Shown here: positions 27,871 through 41,495 of the stretch, piece after piece
How the letters are laid out: every line of letters starts with the position of its first letter
Numbering within the stretch: position 1 is the first letter of the stretch
DNA from: Octopus vulgaris
Lineage: Eukaryota
Length of the DNA stretch: 64,000 bases
Direction: 5' to 3'
Assembly: GCA_951406725.2 (NCBI GenBank)
Contig: OX597821.1
Span: forward strand, 95,294,001 to 95,358,000
Notes under the pieces: model-generated
Database searches by the model: none
What the model was told of the DNA's origin: nothing
The model's input: the letters and a program-made list of their open reading frames with translations, nothing else
Made by a program: the position numbers and the translations under genes

Positions 27871-30304
27871 TCTTCTTTCAGTTTCTGTCTACCAATACCA
27901 TCTAACAAGGTCTTGGAACCATAGATATAACAGTGTGTTTTCATGATCTATGCTTGGAACACAGAATATCAGTGCCTTTAAATTTCTAGTCTTTATGAAT
28001 TGGGAATATGTATGGTAACTAGTGGGAATAACAGCTGGCTATAGAGAACTGTCTTTAGATATTTCACACTGGAAGTCATTTTTTTGTTTTCATGTGAGAA
28101 GTCATCAGCTTAAATTTGTTTGAAACACCAGTATTGATACAGACTGTGTTGTAACGTGACGTATTCAATCACTTGCTAGTGTGTGTCTTAGTCTTATTGT
28201 ATGATGTGGATTTCAAACCCAGAATAAGGTTTGGTAGAAAAGACATATGTGATTTTTCACACCTATTTTTTTGAGTAAAGAAAATGTGGCTTAATAACCA
28301 GATACAGTTTGTTTGAAACCAATATTTTTTCACCTTTTGATTTTCTTCCATATGTTCACGAATCTTTGGAGTCAGTATGTCTATTATTTACTTAGTGTGA
28401 GGTTCAAGGGCTGGAATACTAACCACATGTTCATGAGTTCAAATATTAATACTTCCAAACATTGTGTATCACTATTGAACACCAATCCCTTTCAGCCTTC
28501 ATCAGGTGTCCTGGGGGAATTTCAAACCTGGGTTCTCATTCCTAAGGTATTTTTCTGATGTTGTTAGTATTATGATTCAGGTCACTGCCTGGAATCAAAC
28601 TCGGAATCTTGGGGTTAGTTCTCTGCCATATTCCTGTTGGCAATTATGGCATGAATTTTAGGGCTTATAAATCTAATTTGCCTTTCATCCTTCCTTCCTT
28701 CATCAGGATCATTTAACATCTGTTTTCCATGCTGGCATGGGTTGGATCGTTTGACAGGAGCTGGCCAGCGGAGAGATACCTGGGCTCCAATTATCTGTTT
28801 TGGTATGGTTTCTACAGCTGAATGCCCTTCTTAACAGCAACCACTTTACAGTGTACTGGGTACTTTTTACATGGTGCTGATATGGCTGCTTTATACGTGA
28901 CACCAGCATGGGTGCTTCATACATGTCACTGGCACAGGTATTTTACATTTGGCGTTGACACACGTACTATATATATGACACTGGTTTGGTTGATTCATAC
29001 ATGGCATCAGCAGTGGTGTTTTTTTTTATGTGCACTGACACATAAGTTGACAAAATAAATACTGAGGACTGATATAGCTGACCATACCCTTGAAGTACCC
29101 TAGCACAGCCTTGGTTCAGTGAATGAAAGCAGTAACAAAATACAAGTATGACAGCAAAAGAAAACTCAGTACAAAACTGTTGAGTCTAATATTTTTATTA
29201 AATAGCCAGATTTTTCTTCAAATACATTGCACCTTACAGTTTTGCATTTCTAGTTCAGGTCCTGGATATAATAATTCAGATCCTCCTATACAAGTCCATA
29301 ATTTGTATAAGATTGAAGGAAAAAACTTTTTTCCCCCTCAGTGTCAGCCCCTGTCCACCTGACGTACAACCATCTCCTCACCTCTCAAAACACCGCCTCC
29401 CATCCACATACAGACAGTTGAGAGAATTTCTTCCCTTTTCCTGTTCTTTTCTTGTCTTGCAACTTACCCGGCAGTCTCACTAGTACTGGTGGCACGAAAA
29501 ATGCACCCACTTCTCACTGTGAAGTGGCTGATATTAGGAAGGACATCCAGCCATAGAAACCATGCCAAAACTGGCATTGGAGCTCAATGCAACCCTGTAG
29601 ATTACCAGATCCTGTCAAACCATCCAACCCATGTCAGCTTGGAAAACAGGCGTTAAATGGTGATGGTAATGGTGTCTGAATTTTCCTGCAAGTCTACTTT
29701 TTGAGGTTAGACCAATCTGCAACATTTGCTTCCATCGTCATTTGGGTACAACACAAATTTTTTTGTTATCGATCAGTCTTTCACAATGTACTTTTGCTAG
29801 GCGCTTAAAGGATTTCTATTATATAGCCAAAGCGTTTTAAGGTTTTAAATTTTAGATATTCCTTGGTGGGGATAAGGTAGAACAAAGCTTATCAATGATG
29901 TGTTTGTGGTCAATTAGTTCATAATTATGATAGAACATTTTCCGTCATTTTCATAGAGGTTTTTGTTGACTTTAAAATGTTTTAGATAAACTTTACTTTA
30001 AATTGCAAATTATGGTTAGACGTTAATATAGGACATTCCGATAAGTAGATTATCTCCCTTGGCTAGGCGGCTCTCCATGCAGACAGATCTACTTCTGCGG
30101 ACGACTCATGCCATTGTTGCGTGTGTGGTCTGGTCGTTGTCTTGTTTAGCTCATGTTTATAACATCTATTGTCAATTATAATGTTGTTATGTTGGCATAC
30201 TGTCCCGTGAATATAACTACTTAGGGTTAAGAGATTTGTATTCTGCTACTAAGTGTATTAATAAATAAATTCAGAGCAAATAACTAATGATCCTAGAGTT
30301 ATTT

Positions 30305-30575
30305 CCCTTCGACTATCTCTCTCTATCCGCTCAGTCGAAGTCGATTCTCGGTCACTCGTTGGATCAGTGTCCTCCAGTCAGTTCTATCCTGGGCCGCTTC
30401 TTTCAGATTCGCTATGTCCATTCCGGTATCACTCTTGATGGTGTCAAGCCAGCGGGTTCTTGGTCGGCCTCTTCCTCTCTTGCCACTGACCATTCCGAGC
30501 ATGATGTCCTTCTCCAGGGATTCTCTCCGCATAATATGACCAAAATATGCCAATCTGCTTGGTGATCCTAGCTTC
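30305..30575 (-). mobile_element. RTE (BovB-like) LINE 3' fragment, second family
   Basis: AYFGHIMRRESLEKDIMLGMVSGKRGRGRPRTRWLDTIK..AAQDRTDWR is the typical RTE C-terminus. Confidence 0.88.
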
Positions 30576-31481
30576 TATATATGAATATTTATATGCCGTG
30601 TGTCTGTATACATGATAGTTGCAAACTGGAGATCGAGTTTAGCTATCGCCAGATCGAAAATCCCACAGATTTGAAGGCTACGACCAGCCATTTTTGCGAT
30701 AGGTCTTTTTTTTTTTTTTCAAGCGATGTTTGTGCTTGATGATTTTTTTTATTGTGGGGAAAAGATTTGCACAAAACCAATCCCACTCTCTGAACGAACA
30801 TGGATAACATAAACTCGAAAGGACGAACTAGTCTACATCATCATCATCATCATCGTTTAACGTCCGTTCTCCATGCTAGCATGGGTTGGACGGTTCGACT
30901 GGGGATCTGGGAAGCCAGAAGGCTGCACCAGGCTCCAGTCTTATCTGGCAATGTTTCTACAGCTGGATGCCCTGCCTAACGCCAACCACTCCGTGAGTGT
31001 AGTGGCTGCTTTTTACGTGCCACCTGCACAGGTGCCAGGCGAGGCTATCATCGAATATTGTCAGTGTCGCAGGTTTTCCCTCTCCTAGAGAAATGTTGTA
31101 ACAACAACAGAGGGGCCTCTACTCCCAGTGGTCCACCTGCATGCCTGGACACCAACACAGGTATTTTCACGTCTCCATCCATACATACACGCATATACAC
31201 ATATTGTTGGATAGCCATTGACTGCTCATGCGCTCTTCCGCCCTTTGACAGGTCTTATCATCTTTTGTCCTGCAGGGTGTCCAACAATCACCCTCCTCAC
31301 CAATCAAGCTTGATGGGGTTGTCAATTTAGTTGCCGACAACCCGACCATGCAACATGTGTAAGTTTATAGTGTGTGTGTGTGTGTGTGTGTATACACACA
31401 TATGGCTCAGTAATAATTAAGCTATCAATGACCATACAAGCATAATGTGTAATGAAATTTGGACTGACTTCCTTCGATTAG

Positions 31482-31519
<38 letters not shown>

Positions 31520-31559
31520 GGTCATACCATATATAATGCGGATTTTTTATACTTCTTTT

Positions 31560-32615
31560 ATTTTTCAAAATTCAGATAAACAAAGTTCTTTTAATCTAAA
31601 CTATACTCTCCTTCATTTTCTACAATGCTCTTCAGTTCATCTTTGGTGTTATGAGGAGTTTTGTTGGTCTCTTGCTCATCTGCGCCTCACACATAATAAC
31701 AAAAGGGGTTGCAGTCTGGGAAGTTAGGTGGCAAGGTGTTTGGGGTGATGTGGTTGCAGAAATTATCTGACAGCCATGACTGGATTCTTTTGCTTGTGTG
31801 GCATGGTGCAGAGCCTTGTTGCCAGACATAGGGTCTTCCAAAAGCCACCCTCTTGAGTCTGAGGCCATGTGGGAAGATGAATGGATATATAATGTCACCA
31901 TAACTAGTGATCAAACACCATGATGTTGACTGGATGTTTAATTTTTATTGCTTTCTGATACATGTTTTGGGGACATGGCAAGCCATGTTTCTGTGATCCT
32001 GGCAGAAAATTTTCTCATCTGAGAAAAAACAAAGCATGTTCGGTTGGAGGGGGAGCTTGAGTTTGTTGAAAAGCTTTGTAGCACAGTCTTTCCTTTTATC
32101 CTTGATGGCTTGGGATAAAAATTGGCCCTTCTTCATCTTGTATAAGGAATACCAAATGTCTTTATGCACTACCTGCCTGATAAGAAGCTCAGACATTCCT
32201 ATGGACCTGACTGACTTGGAGGGATTGTTGTCAATCCTGGCCTGGGCTTCACCAAAAAATTCAGGAGTTTTTCTCTTATCAGAACAATCTGACTGAGTTT
32301 TCCGAACTGCCATACTTTCATAATCACCATGAGTCTCATCCAACTCTATCCGAATCCTCTGCACTGTCCTCAGATTGACACCCAAACACACTGAAATGTT
32401 TGTATTGGAGCTTCCAGCATGAATGCCAAGCAGTACAGCATGTCATTTCCAAATTTCTGGCAGAGTGAATTGTCTCATGCTGTGCTATTTATCTCACAGT
32501 TTGATACTTGGGGAAGTGAAAAAGTGTTTTACTTTTCAAGCCTATGCTCTTCAACAGAAAGGAGAATAAACAGAGAGAGAATAAAAAAATCTTGCGAATT
32601 TAGCAGTCACACATA
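31560..32615 (-). mobile_element. Degenerate Tc1/mariner transposon (DD37D/maT-like)
   Basis: Minus-strand fragments: HTH region, FFSDEK, VFGVITS.GD..PFIF..GLR, PYVWQQGSAPCH, PPNFPDCNPFCYYV; frameshifts and deletions. Ends are approximate. Confidence 0.85.
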
Positions 32616-32757
32616 AACACACACACTAGTTAAATTTACATTTATCCAATATTAATAATTACAAAATTTGTTTTCAGTTCATAGCCTTCAACCTGTGTTC
32701 ATGCTGAAGTCAGTTATAATGACCACATAGGGTGATTATCATTAACTCTGCCATTAA

Positions 32758-32977
32758 ACCTTTAGCATTCAAATTAATATGTCAAAAGTAATCTTTATTC
32801 ATTTACATTTTAAAAGATTTATCTGATATTATCTTGTAGCTTCAAGATTTGAAAGATCTAATTGTTTATTTTTAGAATTACATTGCAGGGTAGGTGTGAG
32901 ATACTGGTTCTGGCCAGTTCGAGCATAAAATGAGTAGAATATTCGGGCCGGATATAGCCGGTTTAAACACTAAAGGG
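32758..32977. mobile_element. piggyBac-type MITE (related pieces at ~18090-18170 and ~19590-19800)
   Basis: TTAA|ACCTTTAGCATTCAAA ... TTTAAACACTAAAGGG|TTAA. Confidence 0.75.
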
Positions 32978-33091
32978 TTAAACCTTGTGCTCTTGCATGG
33001 CAACAAGCTGATGGCTAAGAATAATATAAGAATTTTAAATGATAGACTTTTTTATTTTTTAAAAATTCATTTTACCCTTCTGTCTTTTTAG

Positions 33092-33405
33092 GATTCTCCT
33101 CTTCAGATGTTCTGTTTCGACACGAGATAGCTTATGTTCTTGGACAGCTTCAGAACCCAATCTCAATAAAATCACTGATGGAAGTAGTGGAGAAACTTGA
33201 TGAAGATCCCATGGTGAGGCATGAGTGTGCTGAGGCATTAGGCGCACTAGGAACATCTGAGTGCACTGAATTTCTGGCTAAATATTTATCAGACAAGGAA
33301 AGAATTGTCCGTGAAAGCTGTATGGTGGCTCTGGACATCAGCGAGAGTGGTGACCAGTTTCAGTATGCAAACACCTTGAGTAAAGTGACTAGTGTGTCTG
33401 CCTGA
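33092..33405 (+). CDS. DOHH: Deoxyhypusine hydroxylase, coding exon 4 (terminal)
   Basis: TTTTTAG acceptor ending 33091; (G)[19 protein letters not shown]...[15 protein letters not shown]...[11 protein letters not shown]...FQYAN...VSA-TGA; HE motifs 3 and 4. Joined CDS 295+77+247+314=933 nt = 310 aa + stop. Confidence 0.96.
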
Positions 33406-33498
33406 TGTTCTGAGCACAATTTCACAAATGGGAACGTCTATGTATGAGATGAGGAAACCAACTGGAAATAGAGATCTCTGTATATAAACCAAAGTAGG

Positions 33499-33655
33499 TA
33501 TGTGTATATACACACACATGTATATATGTGTATATATATATATATATACACACACATATGTATATATATATATATATACACACATATGTATATATATACA
33601 CATATGTATATATATACACATATGTATATATTTACACATGTATATATATATACAC

Positions 33656-33701
<46 letters not shown>

Positions 33702-34647
33702 GTATATATATATATATATACACATATATATATATATACATATATGTATATATATACATATATATATATACATGTATATATATACATATATATGTATATA
33801 TATATATACATGTATATATATATACATATGTATATATATACATATATATATATATACATATATGTATATATATACATATATGTATATATATACATATATG
33901 TATATATATACATATATGTATATATATACATATATGTATATATATACATATATGTATATATATACATATATATATATATATATACGTATATATATACATA
34001 TGTATATATATACATATACGTATATATATACATATACGTATATATATACATATATGTATATATATACATATACGTATATATATACATATATGTATATATG
34101 TATATATATACATATATGTATATATATACATATATGTGTATATATATACATATGTATAGGTATGTATATATATACATATGTATAGGTATGTATATATATA
34201 CATATGTATAGGTATGTATATATATACATATGTATATGTATGTATATATACATATATATTATGTATATATATATATATACACATATATCTATGTATATAC
34301 ACACACATACATGTATATGCTTAATATGTATGTGTGTATTTATACGTGTGTGTGGGAGGGTGTCTATGTGTGTGTATATGTATATATATAAGTATTTATG
34401 TATATATATTTATGCATGTTATTAAATATCCATGCAAATATATATTTATATATATATATGTATGTATATGTAAGTATATATATTTATTCATATGCATATA
34501 TCTATATACATATGTACATTTATGTATGTGTGTGAGTGTGTCAGTATGTGTGCCAATATATATTACTCTTTCACCAGTTTCAGCTCAGGAGCCGTGGCCA
34601 TTCTGGAGCACCATGCACACATGTTTGCGTATGTATTTACATATATA

Positions 34648-34694
<47 letters not shown>

Positions 34695-34708
34695 ATATCA
34701 ATCACATG

Positions 34709-34743
<35 letters not shown>

Positions 34744-35255
34744 TCATATGTATATGTATCATGTATACATGTATGTGTGTATATATATATAGATATATAT
34801 ATGAATGTATATATGTATGAGTGTGTGTGTGTATACATACCCACATGCATGTTATATATTCTTATGAATGTGCATATATTTGATATATGTATTCATGAAT
34901 ATACATAAATAGAAAATATTTGTATTCATATAGATGCCTGTGTCGATATTTTCACACAAAGGCATGTCCAAACACCAATATGTATATGCACATCGACACA
35001 CATTCACGCACACTTTCTCTCCCACACCACCAATTAGATAAGAATATATACATATATATATATATGTATATGTATGTGTATGTATGTATGTGTGTATGTA
35101 TATATATGTATGTGTATATCTATACATATGTGTGTATGTATATATATGTATGTGTATATCTATACATATGTGTGTATGTATATGTATGTATATATATGTG
35201 TATGTATGTGTATGTATGTATGTGTATGTAAGTATATATATGTATGTGTATGTAT

Positions 35256-35297
<42 letters not shown>

Positions 35298-36425
35298 ATG
35301 TGTGTGTATATATCTATACATGTGTGTATATATATGTATATGTATGTATATATATATGTATATGTATGTATATATATATAAATGTATGTATATATATATA
35401 AATGTATGTATATATATATAAATGTATGTATATATATAAATGTATATGTATGTATCTATGTGTATATATATATATGTATGTATATATATAAATGTATGTG
35501 TATATATCTATATATGTATGTATATATATAAATGTATATGTATATATATGTTTGTATGTATATATATATGTATGCATGTATGTATATATATGTATGTATG
35601 TATATATTTATGTATACATGTGTATGTATATATATATGTGTATGTATATATAGGTAAATGTATGTATATATGTGTGTGTGTATATATATATATATGTGCA
35701 TATGTATATATGTATGTATATGTATATGCATATGTATGTGTGTGTATATATATGCATATGTATGCATATCTGTATATATATATATATATATATGTGTGTG
35801 TATATATGTATACGTAGATATATATTTATATGAATATATGTATATATATATATGTGTGTACGAATATACGTTTATATGTATATATGTATGAATATATGTG
35901 TATATGTATATATATATATATAAATAGATAAATAGATATACATCTAAGATTTACATATATATATATATGTATGTATATATATATATATACATATACGCAT
36001 ACACAGACACACCCTTGTATACATATTTATATATACATAGATACACAAACACAGGCTTGTGAAAAACATTAATTTGTGCCTTTTTTTTCTTCATTCCTTC
36101 CCTACTTTTTCTCCTGCAACTGTCCTGAACACATCTTTATACATATAATGTATGAATACAGACTTGCACCACATCATGCTTACACACATAATGGTTTGTG
36201 TATGTGTATATATATATATATACACATAAATACATATACCTACAAATATATACTTTTATATTTATGTATATATATGATGATGATGATATATATATATATG
36301 TGTGTGTATATGTATATATATATATGTATATATTTATAAAACCATATATGCACTAAGGGACAGACATGTTTACACACAAAGATAGGTCTACACACACACA
36401 TGCATACACGCACACACACACACAC
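33499..36425. repeat. ~2.9-kb compound (TA)/(TG)/(CA) microsatellite just downstream of the DOHH stop
   Basis: Seen directly; includes higher-order 14-mer (TATATACATATATG) and 26-mer units. Confidence 0.97.
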
Positions 36426-36819
36426 ATTTTACACACTTACCACACCCATCAAACTTTTTAATCTTCTATATTGGGTATATATTGTTGTTTTCATTAAATG
36501 AGGTAAGCAAAGCTGAACAAAACAGAAAATAAAAGGACTTTGGTGTTTTTTTTATATATATTATATATATATATATTTTTTATTTGTTATTTCCTCTTGT
36601 CACAAATACCTTTGTGGTGTTCGTTCCCGTGATTTCTGTTTGGTATTCAAATCATACTGATGTAATCTCTTATTAGCACAATCATGTTTCTGTGGTTTAA
36701 GAAGTTCTCTTCAAGCCACAGGTTTTCTTGTTTTGCTCCACTGCATGGCATATAGTGTTCGACTATAGCCCAAGGTTGATCAAAGCCCTGTCAGTAGATT
36801 TGAGGTTGAAATTCTGGTA

Positions 36820-37493
36820 TAAGCACTCCATGTAACTAACCCCGCATAAGTTTCTTTTTTAAAGTTTTGGGAATTTTCCGATAAGTTCTGCAAATTTGCG
36901 TTCTACACACGAAAATTCATATGATCATGGAAAAAAGTTTTTGTGTGTGATTTAGCTTTTTTTTTTTTAGCACATCTCATGATCATCTGATACCTTCCTC
37001 ATTTCTTTGTCAATATTTTTCTCCCCAGAAGTTGGCCAGCTGGCAGAATCGTTAGCATGCTAAACAAAATGTTTAGCGGGATTTCGTCTGTCTTCACGTT
37101 CTGAGTTCAAATCCTGCCATAGTTGACTTTGCCTTTGATCTTCTCGGGGTCAATAAACTAAGTACCAGTTGAACACTAGGGTTGATTTAATTGACTTAGC
37201 CTCGCCCCAAAGCTGTTGGTCTTATGCCAAAATTTGAGACCAATATTTTTCTCCCCATAAACTCATTTAATGGAATGATGATGCAGCCAAGGGTAGTCCA
37301 TTGCTGGGATTTAAGCCAAAAAAATCAGATTGTCTGTGTTTTGAACTCTGATTTTTAAAAAGTTTCCAAAAAGGGTGGAATTTTTTTTTGCACAATGGTA
37401 TAAATTCCCATGTGTAGAACACAGATTTGCAAGAATTTCCTGGAAATTCTAAAAACATAAAAAATAGTTATGAGGGGTTACATAGGGTGCTTA
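36820..37493. mobile_element. Diverged MITE with ~120-bp TIRs and an internal Nin-type SINE
   Basis: TAAGCACTCCATGTAAC..CAAATTTGCGTTCTACACA versus TGTGTAGAACACAGATTTG..GTTACATAGGGTGCTTA. Confidence 0.65.
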
Positions 37494-39153
37494 AAAACCA
37501 GGGTTACACCGATTTGATGAACCAAAACTAAAAGAAGTCTATCATTTCTTGTTGAGCTCTACAGACCTTCTATGATGAGGCTTGTCTTCTAGGCTGTAGT
37601 TTCATCATCATCATTTAGCGTCCGCTTTCCATGCTAGCATGGGCTGGACGGTTCAACTGAGGTCTGTGAAGCCAGAAGGCTGCACCAGGCATAGTCTGAT
37701 CTGGCATTATTTCTACAGCTGGATGCCCTTCCTAACGCCAACCACTCCGTGAGTGTAGTGGGTGCTTTTTACGTTCCACCGGCACAGGTGCCAGACGGGG
37801 CTGGCAAACGGCCACGGTTGAATGGTGCTTTTTACGTGCCACCGGCACGGGGGCCAGGCGAGGCTGGTAATGGCCACGATCGGATGGTGCTTTTTACGTG
37901 CCACTGGCAACAGCCACGTTCGGATGGCTCGCTTACATGCCACCGGCACTGGTATCACAGCTACAATTTCCATTGATGTTGATCGATATATATATATATA
38001 TATATATGGTGCTAGTGTCTGTGTGTGTGAAAGTACTATATTTGATAGCATGAAAGACACATGGGCATCTTAATTTCAATAGAACCTTTTCAAGAAAAGA
38101 ATTTTTAGTACATTAAATTTTAGATTTGCTACTGGGCCCAAAATAATTTTTTTTTTTTGTTCTCGACACATTTTTCTGAAAAATGTGCATTTTGCATGCC
38201 ATGAAATGTGGTAAATTTTTCTATCATCATCACCATGACATTAACCTAGTCAAAACTGAATATATCAGAAGGATAGAGATTCATAAGGTGCAAGCAGAGC
38301 TGAGAATCAGATGTCCTGAGAGTAAACCTAACAAAGATAAAAGTTTTGTCAACAGGACAGAAAGCAGGATGCTAGTCTTCTCGAAAATGACTATACTCAA
38401 TATGGTGATAAGTAAGAATTCTGGATGGTACTCAATGTAAAGTATGGAGACAATCAATGAAGTGGAGATCACAGGCAGCCTAAGAGAGGAGGAGGACTTA
38501 GTATATAGCAAATGCAGAGTAGAAGTAAGAACAACAAAAATGAGTAAAAAATTAATTCCTTTCTGTACTTCCTAATAATTGACAGCTTCTGTTACATCAT
38601 CATTGTTTTAACATCCACTTCGTATGGATCAGATGAAATTTCTTATAGTAGATTTTGTTGACAGCTAGATGTTCTTTCTGTTGTCAACCTTCACCTGTTT
38701 CCAAGTAAGGTAATATTTCCTCATAACCAGATGTTTTCATGGAAGATTGGAAACGAAGAACACTGCTTGTTTGAGGGTGATGCTATGATATGAAGACAAG
38801 GAGACAGTAACATATATATATATATATGTGTGTGTGTATGTGCGTGCGGCAGGCTTCTTTCAGTTTCTGTTCACCAAATTCACTTACAGAGCTTTGGTTA
38901 GCCCAGGGCTATAGTAAAAGACATTTGCACAATGTTACACAGTGTGATTGAACCCAAACAATGTGATCGGGATGCAAACTCCTTAACCACATAACCATGT
39001 TTGCACCTATCACTTATGTAGGTGATATTTTAAACAGTGGCAGTATATGTTATGAAAGCATAAGAGCCAGAGTAAGAACCATGTTGGAAATAAAAAAAAA
39101 AAGGTAAGAAAAAATGGTTTTTCCTCTGCAGGTAACAAAAGAAATCTCTAGAA

Positions 39154-39340
39154 CAGTGGTTTTCAACCAGGGTTCCGGCAGTACAGTCCACGGGTTCCGC
39201 AAGAAGTTAGAAAACTGCTAAAATCGGCAGTAATTTTTAATTCTCCTGTGCATAAGACTTAAATTATTGCACAGGGGTTCCTCGAGCCAGTGGAATGTTT
39301 CCTTGGGGTTCCGCTCCAGCAAAACGTTTGAAAAGCACAG
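39154..39340. mobile_element. hAT (Charlie/Buster-type) MITE, 187 bp
   Basis: TIR CAGTGGTTTTCAA / TTGAAAAGCACAG; perfect 8-bp TSD CTCTAGAA at 39146-39153 and 39341-39348. Confidence 0.9.
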
Positions 39341-40044
39341 CTCTAGAAGATTTGTAAAAATGGAAAGAATTGAGGTGAGCATATTCTGCTGGAGTGTGAA
39401 ATTATCGAACATGAATGATACTGCCTTAATATACACACGATACTTGTGGAATATGGCAATTGGATTAAAGAAGAATGAGTTAGTGAGGGGTGATGTTAGA
39501 ATGGGGAACCTTGTATGAGGCATAAGAAGGGAGCCGTCACATGTAGCAAGGTGAGTTAAAGAAGTCCAATCCATGTGAGTATGGAAAAATTGATGTAAAA
39601 TGATAATGATCATATATGTATATATAAATGCTGATTTCAAATTTTGTGGGCGGGACTAAATCGACCCTAGTGCTCAACTGGTACTTATTTTATCGATCCC
39701 TTAAATGAAAGTCAAAATCGACCCTGGCGGCATTTGAACCTGGAAAATGAAGACGGAATGCTGAGCCCAGCGTGCTAACGATTCTGCCAGCTGGTTGCCT
39801 TTCAGGCGAGTATACAAATATGAGATGAGAGACCAGCTGTAATAGAATCTATTCTAATTTGTTTAGTAACTTATTACTGGACAACACGATGTGGTGTATC
39901 TAGGGTAGATATCCAAGCTATATTCAAAAGTGAACAACGTATTCCATCATCCAATTGTTTGTAGCTAAAGCACTCCATAGAAAACCCAGTCTATTTAACA
40001 ACATTGGTACGATTATGTGAAAAATACTCTGTTATATATATATA

Positions 40045-40232
40045 TGACTGTGTGTAGCATTGGCAATTTTTTCCCCTCTGTCTTCCCTTTTGTGGATCTT
40101 TCCTTCTATTTTTCCGACGAAGAGCTCTGCTCGAAATGTTAAACCCTCCTTCTTTCCTGAGCGTCCAATAATACTATATTTGTTCCACATCCTCGCGTTG
40201 TGTTTTTCTGTGCTTTCATGTTTGGAGTAACT
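40045..40232 (+). mobile_element. ~190-bp PLE-type end carrying a minimal hammerhead (second copy 62369-62565, minus)
   Basis: Two similar copies, both ending 3' in (TA)n; motif GTTT-CCGACGA-A-GAGC.TCC.GCTC-GAAAC-GTT-AAAC. Confidence 0.75.
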
Positions 40233-40249
40233 ATATATATATATATAAA

Positions 40250-40522
40250 CTAGCAGTGTTGCTCGGGTTTGTAAGGGAAATAACTATATAAGCATTTTTA
40301 GAGAGTTACTTCCCTTATATAATAGCAAAAAATGCATTAGAAATGGGAAAAAATGATGGTAAATTTTTTTTAGTAGACGCGCGCTAATACCTAGAAGGGC
40401 TCGATATGAATCACGACTATAAGATACCCGCTTTTGGTTAATCTGCACCGCAAAATGTGGGAGTAAGGAATCTAAATGGTAGGAGACAGACACTCACACA
40501 ACTTCACTTTTATATATAAAGA
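40250..40522 (-). mobile_element. Non-autonomous Helitron (same family as 56229-57129)
   Basis: Minus strand 5'-TC...ACCCGAGCAAC..TGCTAG-3'; homologous to 56735-57129. Confidence 0.85.
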
Positions 40523-40529
40523 TATAAAG

Positions 40530-41495
40530 GTGGAGATGGAAATAGCACAGAAGTAAGTCTAAGGCATTTCAATTTAAGAAGGAATTTAATAAAAATTAAT
40601 CTAAGGATTATATAAAGAAACTATTACCAGTTTCGATGATGAATCCCATCTTATCATATATCAGTAAAAGTTTATAAAAATTTGAAGTAGATACAGTTTA
40701 TCTTCTGTATAGAGGTCAAGAACATGTCTGGAAATTTTTCGTTGAAGTCTTTAAATATAGTTTGGTACAGAGTTCAAAGTGTTAGAGTAAGAGATGGGGT
40801 GTAGTTGTCTATTGTCTAAAAGAAATGTTTGTGTATTCCTGCCAAGGAAGTGGCTAAAAAGTATTTATTGGATGGGTTTTATATCCACCTCTGTGTGTAT
40901 TGTATTGAATGTCCGTTCAATATGTTTGGAATGTGACCAGCTGTGTCTTGGTGGGTGTGTATATTGTGATGAATTAGTATTTTCCTTTGGGTTAGATGTA
41001 TTCTTTTGAGCGTCACCAGCTGTGTGAGTGTTTTTTTACGATGTTTTGTGTGTGTTGTTTTTTGTGATGCTTTCTTGTGTGTGTAAGTGTGTTTTTTGTG
41101 ATATTTTCTTTTGTGTGTGTTTTTGCTATGTTTTCTTTTTTGTGTTTGTGTGTGTGTGCTGGCATATATATATATTGGAAAAAAGACTTAGGAAATGATG
41201 GGAAGTATTTTTCAAAACGATAATATGTATAAAATTGTTTTTAAGTATCTGTTCTTATTTATTGGTTGGTAGTGGTTGGTTCTATATTTAACTGGTTTAT
41301 ACTTGTTAATAAATTGCCTTTCTTTATTTAGTCTTTGTTGTCGGTTGAAAGAATCTGAGTACTTGTAGGGGGGAAATATTTTGAAATTTGGTCAGATCAT
41401 TCCTTCACAGGTTGCAATGTGACTGCTTAACGGAAATTTTCTTGTGCTTTTGTTTCGGATCTGTTGGCGATGGGTTGTCATTCTGTTGCGTTACG
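40530..41495 (-). mobile_element. Penelope-like element remnant: GIY-YIG C-terminus, 3' UTR and hammerhead-like end
   Basis: Minus strand ~41495-41285 reads RMTTHRQQIRNKSTRKFPLSSHIATC..FKIFPPYK..RLNKERQFINKYKP; hammerhead-like motif at 40622-40660; the tail is homologous to 62658-62800. Confidence 0.65.

Noticed and set aside
33101-33106. Alternative in-frame acceptor CTTCAG in DOHH exon 4
   Set aside because: The upstream TAG at 33091 has a good pyrimidine tract and preserves the expected spacing to LFRHE; no evidence of use.
33289-36425. Long YI/YIC/HT-rich ORFs (also ~26580-26940, 57350-57710 and others)
   Set aside because: Translations of (TA)/(TG)/(CA) microsatellites that lack stop codons; not genes.
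37760-37950. Spaced GGTGCTTTTTACGTGCCAC repeats resembling a CRISPR array
   Set aside because: Internal repeats of the RTE 3' UTR, seen in several copies; eukaryotic context and no cas genes.
39121-39140. TTCCTCTGCAG|GTAAC splice-like signal
   Set aside because: No associated coding exon or partner site.
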